Source: Gnetum montanum
Taxonomy: Eukaryota; Plantae; Gnetophyta
Reading direction: 5' to 3'
DNA length: 64,000 bases
NCBI GenBank assembly: GCA_015680685.1
Contig: MNCI01002033.1
Span: 46,772-110,771, forward strand
Under the pieces are notes generated by a model. That model was given only the letters and a program-made list of their open reading frames with translations, had not been told where the DNA came from and made no database searches. Made by a program: the position numbers and the translations under genes. Positions 23,401 to 36,722 of this stretch are shown here, one piece after another (position 1 is the stretch's first letter; every line of letters begins with the position of its first letter).

Positions 23401-23767
23401 TAATAATAATTAATTAAATAAATAAATAACAAAGTGAATGCTGCAATGATGAAGTAATCTCGATCTTTATTGCTGGTCATGTGCGTGTCCAAGTACGTTA
23501 CACTCGAATAAAGGATGCCGTACAATTACATTCACCACACTGCGGGCAGATACTATAAAATATTCTATCTCTGGAAGGGGAAAACTGCCGGAGCTTCGCT
23601 AAGGAACTAAACTAGGATGATAAACAAGGGAGAGCTGCTTCTTATTTATAGACATTGCGATGGACTGCGATATCGCGTACGCGATATCGTGGGGGATGCG
23701 ATATCGCGACGAATGCGATATCGCGACGAATGCGATATCACGGCCCATGCGATATCACATCCCATCA
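17484..23767 (-). mobile_element. Non-autonomous Athila-like LTR element inserted in the copia 3' LTR
   Basis: LTRs at 17484-18353 and 22915-23767. TSD ATAGT/ATAGC. tRNA-Asp PBS at 22896-22913. PPT-like TGGGGGTA. gag remnant at 21400-22300. No pol is visible; there is a 571-N gap inside. Confidence 0.92.
18505..19101 (-). pseudogene. Accessory ORF2 (~198 codons) of the Athila-like element
   Basis: TGTGATTGCAG|ATG GCC CCG AAA. One frame continues to 18505, interrupted only by three TAG codons that are plausible CAG>TAG changes. Homologous to the ORF at 4612. Confidence 0.75.
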
Positions 23768-26700
23768 ATAGCCAAAAACTAGAATCAATAAAAAGATCTT
23801 AACAGCTTTTATTTATGGCATCCATGTTTCTATAGCTATTTCTATAGCTGTTGTAGAGTCATTTTTGCAACAATTTGTCACTTAGTTGAAGAAGTAAGAA
23901 AAGAGTTACGTTGTAGCCATTATCTACCTGCTTATTGAGAAGTAGTTGAAGGAGCAATCTAATGTCCGTTGCATCTGAGCTTTCATTATAATTTTTGGTT
24001 GCACTTAAAACCAAAATAGAGGAGGAAGAAACTTGCCATTTCAGCTTTTTGGTGCAAAATGACTATTATTGTAGGTAGATGCATCTTGGCTTTAATTGGC
24101 TTTTAAGATTCACCAAAATTCTTTGATTGCATTAATGGGTTTTAGTCCTCCTTCACATGTAAAGTTCTATTCATTCATTTTGTGGACATAACTTCTTGTA
24201 GATTCAAATCTAGATTTATCTTTCCTTTACTTAATAGAGAGCTTTTTATTTTCATGGCATTTTTCTTGGATGATGTGGTCAAGTGGAGCAAAGGATTTGA
24301 AAGCTTCCCATCATTTAGATCAAGCTTTTCATTTTATCTCAAGTGTTGTTTTGGGAGTTTTCCTACAACAACTTATTTACAATAAAATAACTATTTTATT
24401 CTCTTCTCACCTTTACCTTGGGTTGACGTGAAAGAGACAGGTATGTTGATGAACTTGTTTTACTTAGAGGAGATTGTAGTAGCTCTAGATGTAGACATCA
24501 ATTGGCATAAACAAATAGGTTGCCATGAAAGAGTCACTTTATGAGGTGAGAAAATGGTTCTACAAGATGTGTTAGGCTACCATGGAAGAACACTTTTGTA
24601 AGATGAGAAAATGGTTTTATGAGTTAGTCCTTTAAGTTGAATTGGATTAAAATTCATAAGGCACACATGCTTAAGAAACTTGCTTATATTGGCCCCACAA
24701 TGCTAGCATATTGAAGTAATAAAGTTAATCTAGCTTTTTAAATAATGGGCTAACATGGTAGAGCTAGGAAAATAGATGAGTTTATTTCATTTAGATGCAA
24801 TCATCATCACTATAAATGCTGATAAAAAGCCCAAATAACACAAGGATAGTCTAGAGAGTGCATTTAGATGCAAAAGCAACTCCATCTAAGGTTACATGAA
24901 TTAAGAGCTCAAAATAGTAAAACACACACACACACAAAATTTCAATAGCTCAATTCATGAAATGAACAAAGCCAAGCTCAAAACACACATAGTTTGACAC
25001 ACAACAATCTTTCCCTTTTTGAGATTGGATGAGTTCCCCAAAAAAAAAAAAAAAATACAGAGAGAAAACACAAAAAGAAAGGAAAAAAAAAACATACATA
25101 GCTATGCTAAAGAGAAATAAGCTAAGATCAGTGACAAGACCAACATTTAGAGATTAAAAAAAGATCAAATAGCTTAGCTTAAATAAGAACCTAGAAAGTA
25201 CAAAGCACATCACATCAAGCTAATCAAGTTAGTAAAAGTAGAATAAAAGCATCATGAAAAAAGATAATCAAGTTAGTAAAAGTAGAATAGATGCATCACA
25301 AAAAAAAAAAAAAACATCCAACCAAAGAATTACACATACTACTTAGCTTAAAACACTTTGCAAGATAGTTTTGGCACATTCTATAAAATAGATAGTGCAC
25401 ACAAAGGAATTTCTTTCACATTTTTGACAAAACAACTCATACACAGCTCATACACAACTCATAAATAAATTATTATTATTTTTATTTTTGTCAAGAAATT
25501 GCAAAGTGAAGATTCCCCTAAGATTCAACAAAATAAACCAAAGCATAGGTAGCTAGGCAAAACATAAGAAGCTTAGGACACAACACAAAGTATAAGCACA
25601 CAATGATATAGAGCACAACTTAGCTAGTTTTGGAACATAACAATGAATATCCATGAGAGCTTTTGGATGAACCAGGAGGATTTTAGAGAGCCTATAGCAG
25701 AGCTAAGAAGAGTTGAGGTAGAGAAGAATCAAGCATTGATAGTCATTCAAGAAACAATAGAGTATGAGAGTAGGACATAGAAAAGTTGTACTTCACCTAT
25801 GACTTGCTAGAGTTACTACATCCGCCAAGCTTGGAGCAAAAAACAAAGTCATCCTTAGGTCATGACTCATATGAGGGAATGCGTGAATCCATTAGATATG
25901 GCTTAGATGATTCTACATACTTTGTATGGGCTTTTGGCTCTTTTGTTGCATCTTGAAGCCACAAGGTTCATGTATTGCAAACTTGCCTACTCCCCCTGAA
26001 AGAAAGCTCATTAGTTTATAATAAATCCCTAAACTAGTACTAGAAATTTTAATAGCTTATGTATGTTTGGGTAAGGTAGTTGCACCCAATAATGTTCTCT
26101 TATATATGAATCTTTCTTTGTTTAATGGTGAATATTTTTGCTCTTTGTTCTTTTAAGGAAATATATGATAGCTTAATTGTTTGCATTTCTACCTAATCTC
26201 TAAGAAAATGATATTTAGTCTAAATGTGCTTAGTTCTACCATGAAAAACATGATTTTTAGAAATAGAAATAGTACCATTATTGTTACAATGAATGATTAT
26301 TGGGTCAAAGAATATTTTACCAAAGAGTTTTAGTACTTCCCTCATCTAAAGAATCTATGTGCAATAGTGTGAGGCTTCAACATTTTCTACTTCTACTGAT
26401 GATAAAGCTATTGAGTTTTGCTTCTTACTCAGTCATGATACCAACCTATTATCAAGAAAATGACAATATCCTTAATTTATTTTCCATCATCTCTATTTAT
26501 ATCTGAATTTGCATCTTTATATGCTTGTTATTCAAATTTTTGTTCTTTAAGTACCATAATCCATAACTAGCTCTACCTTTCAAGTAGCGTAAGATCCTTT
26601 TGGCTACAAAAAGATGTGATTGCTTGGGTTCTAACTAATATATAGAAATTAGGCTAACTATGAAAGCTATATTAGGTCTGCTAGCTATAGCATAGTGTAA

Positions 26701-29700
26701 GCTTCCTACAATAGATCTATACAATGTGGCATCAATGCTTTTTCTAGCTTTGTCCTTGCAGAGATGCTTATTTGTGCTCAGAGGAGTTGAATAGGTTTTA
26801 GCTTCTATCATGTTAAAAATCTTAAGCATTTGCTAAATATACTTGGTTTGGGAGATGAAAGTTCCATCCCTAAGTTGCTAAATATATAGGCCTAGAAAAT
26901 GTGATAATTCTCCTATCATAAACATCTTAAATTTTGACTTCATAGCTTCAAAAAATTCTATCTCCAAACTTGAGCATATTCCTTTAAACATTATATCATC
27001 AACATAGATCTATGTAATTAAAAAGCCTATATTATCCATTTTGTCTAGAGGAGCTTTCAAATATCCATTTTTAGCTAGACAAGAGTAAAGCTTTGTGTAC
27101 AACATTCTGGGGCCTTGTTTTGAACCATACAAAGCTTTGTGTAAGTTATACACATGATCTAGCTTTCTGTATAGACAAATCCTTCTGGTTGTGCTATGTA
27201 TACCATCTCTTTTATTTATTCATTTAGGAATGCAGAATTCACATTCATTTGATAGAGCTTAAACCGATGATAAGTTGCAAAAGCTAATAGCATCTAGATG
27301 GATTCCACTCTTGCAACTAGAGCAAACGTATCTTGATAATCCATCCCTTCTATTTATGCAAAGCCTTTTGTTGCCAATCTTGCCTTATTTCTAGTAACGT
27401 CTCCATGCTCATTCAACTTGTTCACAAAGATCCACTTAGTCCCAATGATATTCACTCTTGTAGGCTATGGGATAAGCTCTCAATTGTTTTTTTAGTCTAC
27501 TTCATTTCTTGATACTTGAAATTCTACAAAGCTCATAAAATTTATTTTAGATGAACTTACCTTCATTATCAGTCTCAATAGTTTTTATTTTAAGCCTTGT
27601 TTTAGTTTCAACCATGTTTTTAAATACATTAAAACATTAGAATACATTATACCTTTTTTAAATACATGTAAGCCAACACATTCTAATATAATCATCTATA
27701 ATAAGGAAAAACTATTTTCTACCATCAAAACCAACTATAGCAAAGTGATCACACACATCCATATGTAGTAATTCTAGCTTATTTTTATAAGAAAAGGTTT
27801 GTGACATCTTGTTCTTGGATGTCATAAAAATACAATTGTTCATCACTTAATTCATCGCATTCATAATCATTATAATGAAAACATCATAAAATACTTATAA
27901 ATGAATCAACTAGTAAATGGATGACTAACACTCTATATAGAAAAGAAAAATGGAAAAATTTTATTAATGAGAGAGAGTATTGTAACACCATTTGGGTTAT
28001 CTTCCCATGCCACTTAAACCTTAGAGGAAATTTGGCATTGCCACCATAATTAGGCTATCCAGCTAAATGGGTGATTAGTTCCTTCTTATCCCACTTCACC
28101 CAATTCCTATCACTTTCCTTTCTAGGCTCTGCAACTCCATGCTAGCATGACCTCTAAACCTAACTTTAAATGACATAGGTCAAATCCATTTCCTGTGGGA
28201 TACATGAATAATCATAACTCATCATAAGTAGGTACCCCTTCATTTGAAGGTTAATTACATTGTTACAATTTTTTTCCATGCTTAACAAGGGATGAGACGT
28301 TACAATCTACCTCCCTTAGGCATCCAGCTCATCCTCAAGCACTTCCTCTATATCCAGCTACTCAACTATTGCTTCTTCATTATGCTCCTCATCTTTAGTT
28401 TCTTTATTATCTTCATTATTATCTATACAAATAGAAGACCATAAATTATAGAACATAATTTATTACATCAATAATAAATACAATTTATCATTCAATATCA
28501 TGATGATCAAAAAATTGGGGATAAGTATTGAGAATAAACTCCCTATTTTCCCAAGTCTTCGGATCACAATTTGACCATTGAACATGTACTTCACTTATAG
28601 TTTTATTTCGTAAATTCTTGGTTTGATGGTTCTTATTTGCAATGGGTTTAACTTCAAAGCTAGTGTTGGATTATAGGGAGAACATATTCTAATCTAGCAT
28701 ATATGGCACATCATTTTCATGAAATTTCTTTGGCAAACTTACATGGAAAACTAGGTGAATTCTTAAGGTTGTTATAAGATTTAACCAATATGCTACTTCA
28801 TCAATTCTTTTACAAATTTCAAAGGGTCTATAATATCTAGGTGCCAATTTAGTGTATTTTTCAAGTTTTAGAGAGCTCTTGGTAGGTTTTACCCTTAGTA
28901 ATACTTGATCTTCCACTTGGAATTCTTTCTTAAATCAATGTTGATCTCCATATCCATTATATTTATCTTGGGTAGCTTGTAAATTTTTCTTAGCTCTTGT
29001 AACAATGGTTTTCATTATTTTCATTTGGTCTTCCTTTCATTCCATTCTTAAGGTTGGATTTTCCTAGGTTAGTTGTGTTTGGCAGTTACATCCATATACT
29101 ACTTCAAATGGTGTTCAATGTATGAAACCTTGATAGTTATTGTTATAGGCGAATTCAACCAGGTATAAATAATTCTTCCACATTTTTGATCTACTTCCAA
29201 CATAGCTTCATAGAATATCTTTTAATATTCTGTTCACACATTCAGTTTTCCCATCAATCTCTAGGTGATAAGTTGTGCTAAATTTCATCTTAGTTCCAAG
29301 CTCTTTGAAGAAATTTTTCTAGAATTCAAATATGAACCTGGGATCTCAATCTGAGGTGATAGATATTGGACATCCATGCAATTGAAATACTTATTGTAAA
29401 AATTTTTGGGCTACTTCTTCAACTATGTTTGTAGATTTCAAAGCCATAAAATGTGCCATCTTTGATAGATGATCAACCACTATCAAAATTGAGTCATTTC
29501 CATTTTTGGTTATTAGCAATCCTACAATGAAATCTATGGTAATGTCTTTCCATTTCCAAGTTGGGACTTCTAGAGGTAGAGGTTGTAATAACCCATTGGG
29601 TTTCTTTTGTTTAGCTTTTAATTTTTGACATCTTGGATAGTTTTTGATGTACAAGGACATATCATTCTTCATTCTAGGCTAGAAATAAGGTTTATGTAAC

Positions 29701-32700
29701 ATCATATAAGTCTTAATATAACTTGGGTATCCTGCGTATGGTACTTCATGTGCTTCACACAACAACTTTAGTCTCTAGATTCCTTTTGGTATGCATACTC
29801 TTTTTCCTTTTATTAATAAACTGTTAGGGGCAAGTTGATATTGAGGGTCAAAGGAAATATTGATTGAAATATTCTTAAAACATGGATCTTCTTTTATTTG
29901 TTCCTTAATTTCATCTTCCATAGGGGTCAGTACCACACTTATCATCAAGTTCCACATTCAAATAAGGGCATTAGTTACCACATTTTGTTTACCTGGAATA
30001 TATTTGATTTTAAGATTATATTCAACCAATAATTCTACCCATTTTCATTGACAAGTATTCAAAATAGGATATTTCTACAAAAATTTTAAACTGTTATGAT
30101 CTATTTTTACTACAAACCTTTTTCCACAAAGATAATGTCTCCAAACTTTCAAAGCATGAATAATTGCTTGTAATTCTAGATCATGGGTTAAGTAATTTAT
30201 CTTAAGTCCTTGTAATTTATGAGATTCATAACATACCACTTTATCTTCTTGTGAGAGAATTGCATTGATTCCTATTCCACAGGCTTTAGTGGATACTTCA
30301 AATGGTAATTCTTCATCTCAAATTCTCAAAATAGGTGTTATTTTGAGTAGCATATTTAATTTGAGGAAGGCTTCCCTACATTTTTAATCAAATTTGTACA
30401 CATTCTTTTCCTACAAAATGTTAATCAAAGGGGCTACCTAAGTAGAATAATCTTTAATGAAATGTTAGTAAAAACTTGCTAAGCCTAGAAAAATATGAAC
30501 TATTGTAGCATCTTTTAATTTAGGCGAGTCTCGAATTGCACTAACCTTTTCTAGATCTACTTGAAATCCTTTTGTAGAAACTATATCATCTAAGTATGAA
30601 ACTTCTTCCTTAAAGAGTTCCCATTTACTTAATTCAGGTTTTAACTGATGCACTTTGAGAATTTCCATTGTAATTTTTAAATGTTTGACATGTTCTTCTC
30701 TTAACTTAGAATAAACAAGTATATCATCCATAAATTCTATAATAGATTGATCAAGATATTCATAGAAAATATTATTTATTAATGTCATGAATGTTGCAGG
30801 TGCATTAGTTAATCCAAATGACATCATAACAAATTTGTATAATCATGCTTGGTTTTGAAAGCAATTTTCTCAATATCTTTCTCCTTAATCATTATTTGGT
30901 GATAACCTAATTTTAAATCAATCTTTGAAAAATAACATGCACTCATAAGTTGGTCAAACAAATCATTGATTCTAGGTAAATGATAAGTATTTTTAATTTT
31001 CACTTTATTTAATGTCGTATAATTGATCTTAACATATCATCTTTCTTTTTAATGAATAAGATTGATGCATCCTAAGGTGATATGCTAGGTCAAATTCTCC
31101 CTTCTTCCAATAGTTGATCTAATTGTACTTTCAATTCTCTTAATTTAGAAGTGGAAAATCTATGAGAGGCTTTTAAAATATGTTTTGTATGAGGAAAAAT
31201 ATCAATAGCATGCTCAATAGTTCTTTTTGGAGGCAATTCTCCAGTTTCACCAAATATTAAATCTTTATTTTCTCAAGTTCTTTTGGAATCTCAATACTTG
31301 AATGTTTTTGAGGTTGGGTTACTTTTCTAGCCAACATCATAGCACCCTTTTTGACTTGCTTAATGGTTATCATGTGAATTTTCTTTGGTTTTCCTACTAC
31401 CCCTTAGAACCCTGACTTTGTTAGTGGTTGGAACTTTTAAAACACAAGTTCCAAAGTGGGTAGTAATATCAAATTTTTGTAGGAAAGACATTTCTAAAAT
31501 TTCATCTACATCATGTCATTCAAATTCAAAGAATTCATCAATGAAAGACATGTCTTGTAAAGTAAAGTTAATTTCTTCATACTTGGTATGCTTGTTCATG
31601 ATTGTTCCATCTACAAGTTCTCTCTTAATAATTTTCTTGGAAGGTAAAATTAATTTCAATAAATTAATTAACTATGGAGAAATAAAGTTATCAGTAACAT
31701 CACTATCAATCAAAGATTTAATTTGTTTACCTTGAATTGAACCTTAAAAAATCAATAAAGCAAATTGAAATTTATGCAAAGTTGATTTAGTTGATGTAGA
31801 TATCTTTTTCATAAGTGTGGTGGTGGTTGGTATTTTTCCTTTGTTCATGTTTGAGTTGGATTTTTTATTTCTAGTTTGATTGGTCCTTTGTATCCTTGCT
31901 AATAATTTTGGACAATCTTGTTAGTAGTGATCATCATCACAAACAAAACATCATGACCTTGATTGAGCTCTTTTCATTGGTGTCTCTTCTACCATCTCTT
32001 GTGAAAGGGTTGCTTGTTGAAGGGTAGTTCATAATTGATTTGATTATGTGCTCATGTTTGAGGACGTAGTTATGCATGTAATTCATCGATGAACTTTGAA
32101 GCTAATTCTCCCTCATCCTAGTGGCTTACATACTAAGAGAGATCATAAAATTCCTTATTGCAATCATCCATGGATCACCTTCCTAATCTTAAGAAATCAA
32201 ATCTCATTTTTCACTCTTTGAGAAAAGAATCAGGTACAAATTTTTGTTCAAAATCTTGACAAAAGTTGAGCCTATTTGTAATCAAACCTTGAGATCTCAG
32301 TCCATTCCACCATGTTGCTACAAGTCCTCTTAAATACAAGGAGACAACTTCTAAACATTCTTAGCTTGACAAATTCAACATATCAAAGTAGTTTTTCATT
32401 GTATCAAGCAAATCCTTAGCCTTGGCATTGGATCTAGAGGCTCCACCATAAACTTATGTTAGCGACTATCTAGGTGGATTAAGCCAATTCTTGTATCCCT
32501 CACTTTTTATTTCTACTCTATGGATTGAAGAAGTGATATCCATATCTTGATGATTGGAAGGTGTGGGTTGGTTTTGGTGTGGATCCCTAGGAGAAAGTTG
32601 ATCTTGATTTTGATCTTGATCTCTAGGTGGAATGTGGCTAGGATTTGAGGGTTGAGTAAGATGGTCTGTTAATTACTTGATGGAGTCTACAAAGGAATCC

Positions 32701-33235
32701 ATCATTCCTTGCACATTTGAACATTTATCTTCTAACCTTTGAGACAATTTTCTAATTTTTTCAAACATATTCTACATCTTTGTTCCAAACCCTTGATTTA
32801 ACTAACAAAGCTATTCTTGAACACCCCTAATCTCATTAATTTGATCCTCAAGGACATTCATTTGGCTATTGACTTAGGCCTCCATTGCTCTCCAATGTAT
32901 TCTTTAGGTTTTAGACATTGGTAAGTTGTAGAAATCAGATATGTTGAAAATCCTTGGCCTCTATGATCCCTTTCTATGAATTTCAAATAGTTATTTGGTT
33001 GTAGAAGAGGTTGAAATTGTCATGGATTTCTACCCAACCACTAAATCCTAATTATTTTGAGACCTTAATTAATAGATTAAAGGGTAATTTCCTATTTTTT
33101 GAGGCTAAATGTAACTGTTCCATTGCATTTGGAAGGTTTAATTTGATTGAAATTGATTTTTTTTGGTGGAAAATGGACTCTAGATTCAAAAGTTATTGTC
33201 GTTTTAAGTTTGTCAAAAACTTACATGATTTTCGA

Positions 33236-33300
33236 GACTTCCTGAGAGGTCACCCATCCTAGTTCTACTCCAAGTTGAGTGTGCTTAATTATAGAATTTT
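33236..33300 (-). pseudogene. 5S rRNA-derived fragment (internal control region) inside the chromovirus leader
   Basis: The minus strand reads AATTAAGCACACTCAACTTGGAGTAGAACTAGGATGGGTGACCTCTCAGGAAGTC. Plant 5S as recalled reads AGTTAAGCGTGCTTGGGCGAGAGTAGTACTAGGATGGGTGACCTCCTGGGAAGTC. Confidence 0.85.
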
Positions 33301-34489
33301 TATTTTTATCATTACTAGAGCACCAAATTCAAATTTTGAATTTTATTTTCACATGTTTTTAATTTAAATCAATGCGTTGATGATGGAAATTTTGAATTTC
33401 TTATCAATTGATAGAAATTTCAAAATTTCTGTCAATTGATAAAAAATTTCAAATTCCCTACTAGTTGACAGAAAAATAATTTTCATCATTAGAGGCAGGG
33501 GTGGCTGCCTAACAGGGATAGTGATGAGGTAGGAGATGCAAATGAGGCAAGCAACATGGCACTAGGAGTGAATGTTAACATTAGTAGGAGGTGGCATGGC
33601 CTAGGCCTCTGAGAAGTTGGTGAAGGGGGGTGGGGGGGGTGGGGTTGGGTTGATGAGAAGGGACTTCATGTTGTTGAGAGAGGGATTCACATAGCCCTGA
33701 AAGGGATCCACATAACCCTGAAAGGGGCCTATGCAACCAACCTTGGACCGATGTGGCCCTAGTAGCCCATGCTAGGGTTCATGTGACCCTCACCAGGGTC
33801 ATCGCGACCATTCAAAGAGCAACACTACAAGTAATTTCTAGGGTTTTTCTCACTAAGTGTTTTTAGCACAACACTAGATGATGCTGGAGGATGCCTATGA
33901 TTGATGACACTGAAGACCAAGGGATGCTTGTAATCAATGGTGTCATCGGTTGTAGGGGTGTTATTGGCTAGTAGAAGGACCAATCATGGCCCTGCAAGGG
34001 TTTTTTTTTTAATATTTATAAAAAAATATTTGGTGTTTGGGGTCAAACCTATGACCTCCCACTTTCTATTTTTTTTATAAATAAAAATTTAAAATTTAAA
34101 TATTAAAAATTTTATAAAAAACACTTTTTAAATTTCAATTGTACATAACTCAAGAAAACCATATCTCCCAAACTGTAAGTTAGCTTTTGATGTAATTGGT
34201 ACCATTGGAATTGTCTTAGAGAGCACTACATGTTGAGCTTATGATAAAACCATTTTGATGGACCTATTAATCATAAAGTCATAAAAAGTAAGTGCTAGTT
34301 TTATTAAATCATTAATTAACTTAAGTTGATACTTTGTCTTTACTCTTGCTAAGATTCTTACTATTCTTTTATAAATATGAGAAGAAGAAAGACTTTGCCC
34401 ATTACAACTCAATATCAGTGGAAGATTGAAGGATTCCATTAATGAAGAAGCTTAAAGATTTCTACCATCAAAGGATCTTAAACATTATC

Positions 34490-36722
34490 ATCATGGCCCC
34501 AAAGCATCCTACCCAGGCTCCTTCTTTAGCTCTAGGTAGCTCCAAATCAATGTCCATTCTTTTTCACAAAAATGGTATAGTTACTTCTTTCAATCTTATG
34601 CATGATTTGCTTGGAAAGAAGGGGTTTCAGTTTCTTATTACTTTCTAATTATCTAAATTATTGACCTTCCTTGATTTCAAGGTAACTACTTGTGAAGACT
34701 TAATGATTCAATGGTGCAATCTTTATAATAGTAGCATAAGCACCAATTCCCAATTACTTTTCAAGTCAATAATGGTTATTTTATCTAATATTTGAATAGT
34801 CTTAGGTTTTCATTGAGGGAAGGATCCTTTAATAACGTTGATTTTCTCCCATAAATTTAAATTTTTTTTTCCAAAAAGAATTATCTAATTATGTTATTGA
34901 TTCTACTATTGGCAAAAGCTAATTTCTTTGTGGAGATTTCATCAATGAAATTCACTTTGAAATATGGTAGTTCATCCATAGTAAGGATTTGTGGCATCAA
35001 CAATAATCTTATGTTATTTCTTTTTTCATTTATATTCTTCATGGTTCCATAATTGGTAAAGCTTATAATTGGTCACTATCTTGTTTTTTTGCTTTGTACA
35101 ATGTCATGAGTGGAGCTATTGCTACTAAACAAAATCGCAGTAAACTATATACCATATATTGTATTCCATTGATCATGTGTTTAATTCTTCTACGTTATAA
35201 TCCTTCAACCAAACTCTTTCGCCTATACAATCCCATTTTACATATTGAATTTCTTTAAGAGGAAAAAATCATAAAGAGTAAGATTGAGGGTGGCAAGAAG
35301 GGCTAATTGGTTTTACAACAAGCTAGAAATCAAGAAGGAAGCAACGAGCTATTTTATATGTTTATGTATTTTATATTTTTATTGTTACTTATGTTTCTTT
35401 ATGCATTTATTAATAATATAATCTAGGATGTAGAATGAATATATCCAAGATGAAAAGATTCTAAGAGAAGGTGTTGAGATTGCATAAACTAAAAGTGTTC
35501 AAGGTGCTTCATTTGTTCAAGGTTCTTCTTTGATTCAAGCATGACAACAAATCTTGCTTACCAATTCCAAGGTATATATATAAACATATATGTATATAAT
35601 AGCCTATTTTAATGTTTTACTTCCTTTTTTAATAAATTCTTTTTATAGAGGCAACATACTGGGAAAAGTTCTAGCAGCCTAGTAGTTAGACAAAAATCCC
35701 AACAACAAATCCAACAATAAGCTCAACAAAAATCTTAACCACAAAGTATAAGATAGGATAAAGGAAAAGAACCAGAGGTAAGTTTTACTTATTTTAGGAT
35801 TTGAATACTTCACTTTTTCTCATCTTGTATGATGTTAATCCTATTTGCATCATAGATATCTTTAGGTTAGATATACTTTATCAAAGGAATGGAGAGAGAT
35901 AATGTAGGTGTTAATTTTGAAGAAAATCCCATTTTTTTCATCTCCCATTCCTCCATCTAGATCACTAGGCATGCCTTCTTTTCTTATGATTCTTGAAGAG
36001 GTTCCTTTCCACAAGCAATGTTGACACTAGCTCCTGAGTCTGTTCCAACGATTTTCTCATTTTCTATCTTAGGTTCTTCTTATTTGATGGGATAGATTAT
36101 GGTGGCTGTTGAAGAAGAACTCATGCTTCTTTGGCATCTTGGTCAGTGAATTTCCAATAACAAGTCCTATTCTGTTTATGAGAATGTTTACCACCTACGG
36201 GAGTCCCAGTCATGTGACTTCAAGGAAGATTATAATTTGGTATAGGCTAGAGTTTCCTCATCTTTTCATTCAATTCTTGAGGATGCCCCCAAAGTTGTCA
36301 AAGATCTATAGAAACTCTTAGGATAATTGAAGAGTACTATGTGCATGACTTTCCATTTGGAGACTCATGAATGATTTCTTCAAATTGACAATGATCAGCT
36401 TTAGGTAAATAGTTCTTATTCTTTTCTCTTTCTTTTTTCTCTTTTATTCATAACTCATAATTTTAGTCTTGTTTGTGGAGAGAAAAGAGAAGGAATGATA
36501 AAAAGACATGAATGATTGATCAATTCAAATGGAGATGCTAAAGACCCAACTCAAAAGAAAGGAGGAACCAACAATTGTAGTAAGAATTTCTACTAAGTAC
36601 ATCAACCAATTGAGTGATGAGTTGGTAGGATGCATGATAGTGCTCAACAAGAAGGATGCCATTGATGAAGAATAGGAAGCACAATTGAAGATTGTTTGTG
36701 ATCTCCTCAACTATTTCAATTG
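34490..36722 (+). pseudogene. Putative decayed intron-containing gene, antisense within the chromovirus leader
   Basis: MAPKHPTQAP start at ~34493. Three GT..AG U-rich segments of 76-78 nt (35572-35648, 35778-35855, 36405-36480) separate coding-like sequence. E/K-rich end. Confidence 0.5.

Noticed and set aside
23656-23760. Regularly spaced palindromic repeats resembling a CRISPR array
   Set aside because: Units are ~10 bp with 3-10-bp spacers inside a eukaryotic LTR, and there are no cas genes.
33236-33300. Functional 5S rRNA gene
   Set aside because: Only about half the gene is present, it is diverged, and the 5' part and array context are missing.
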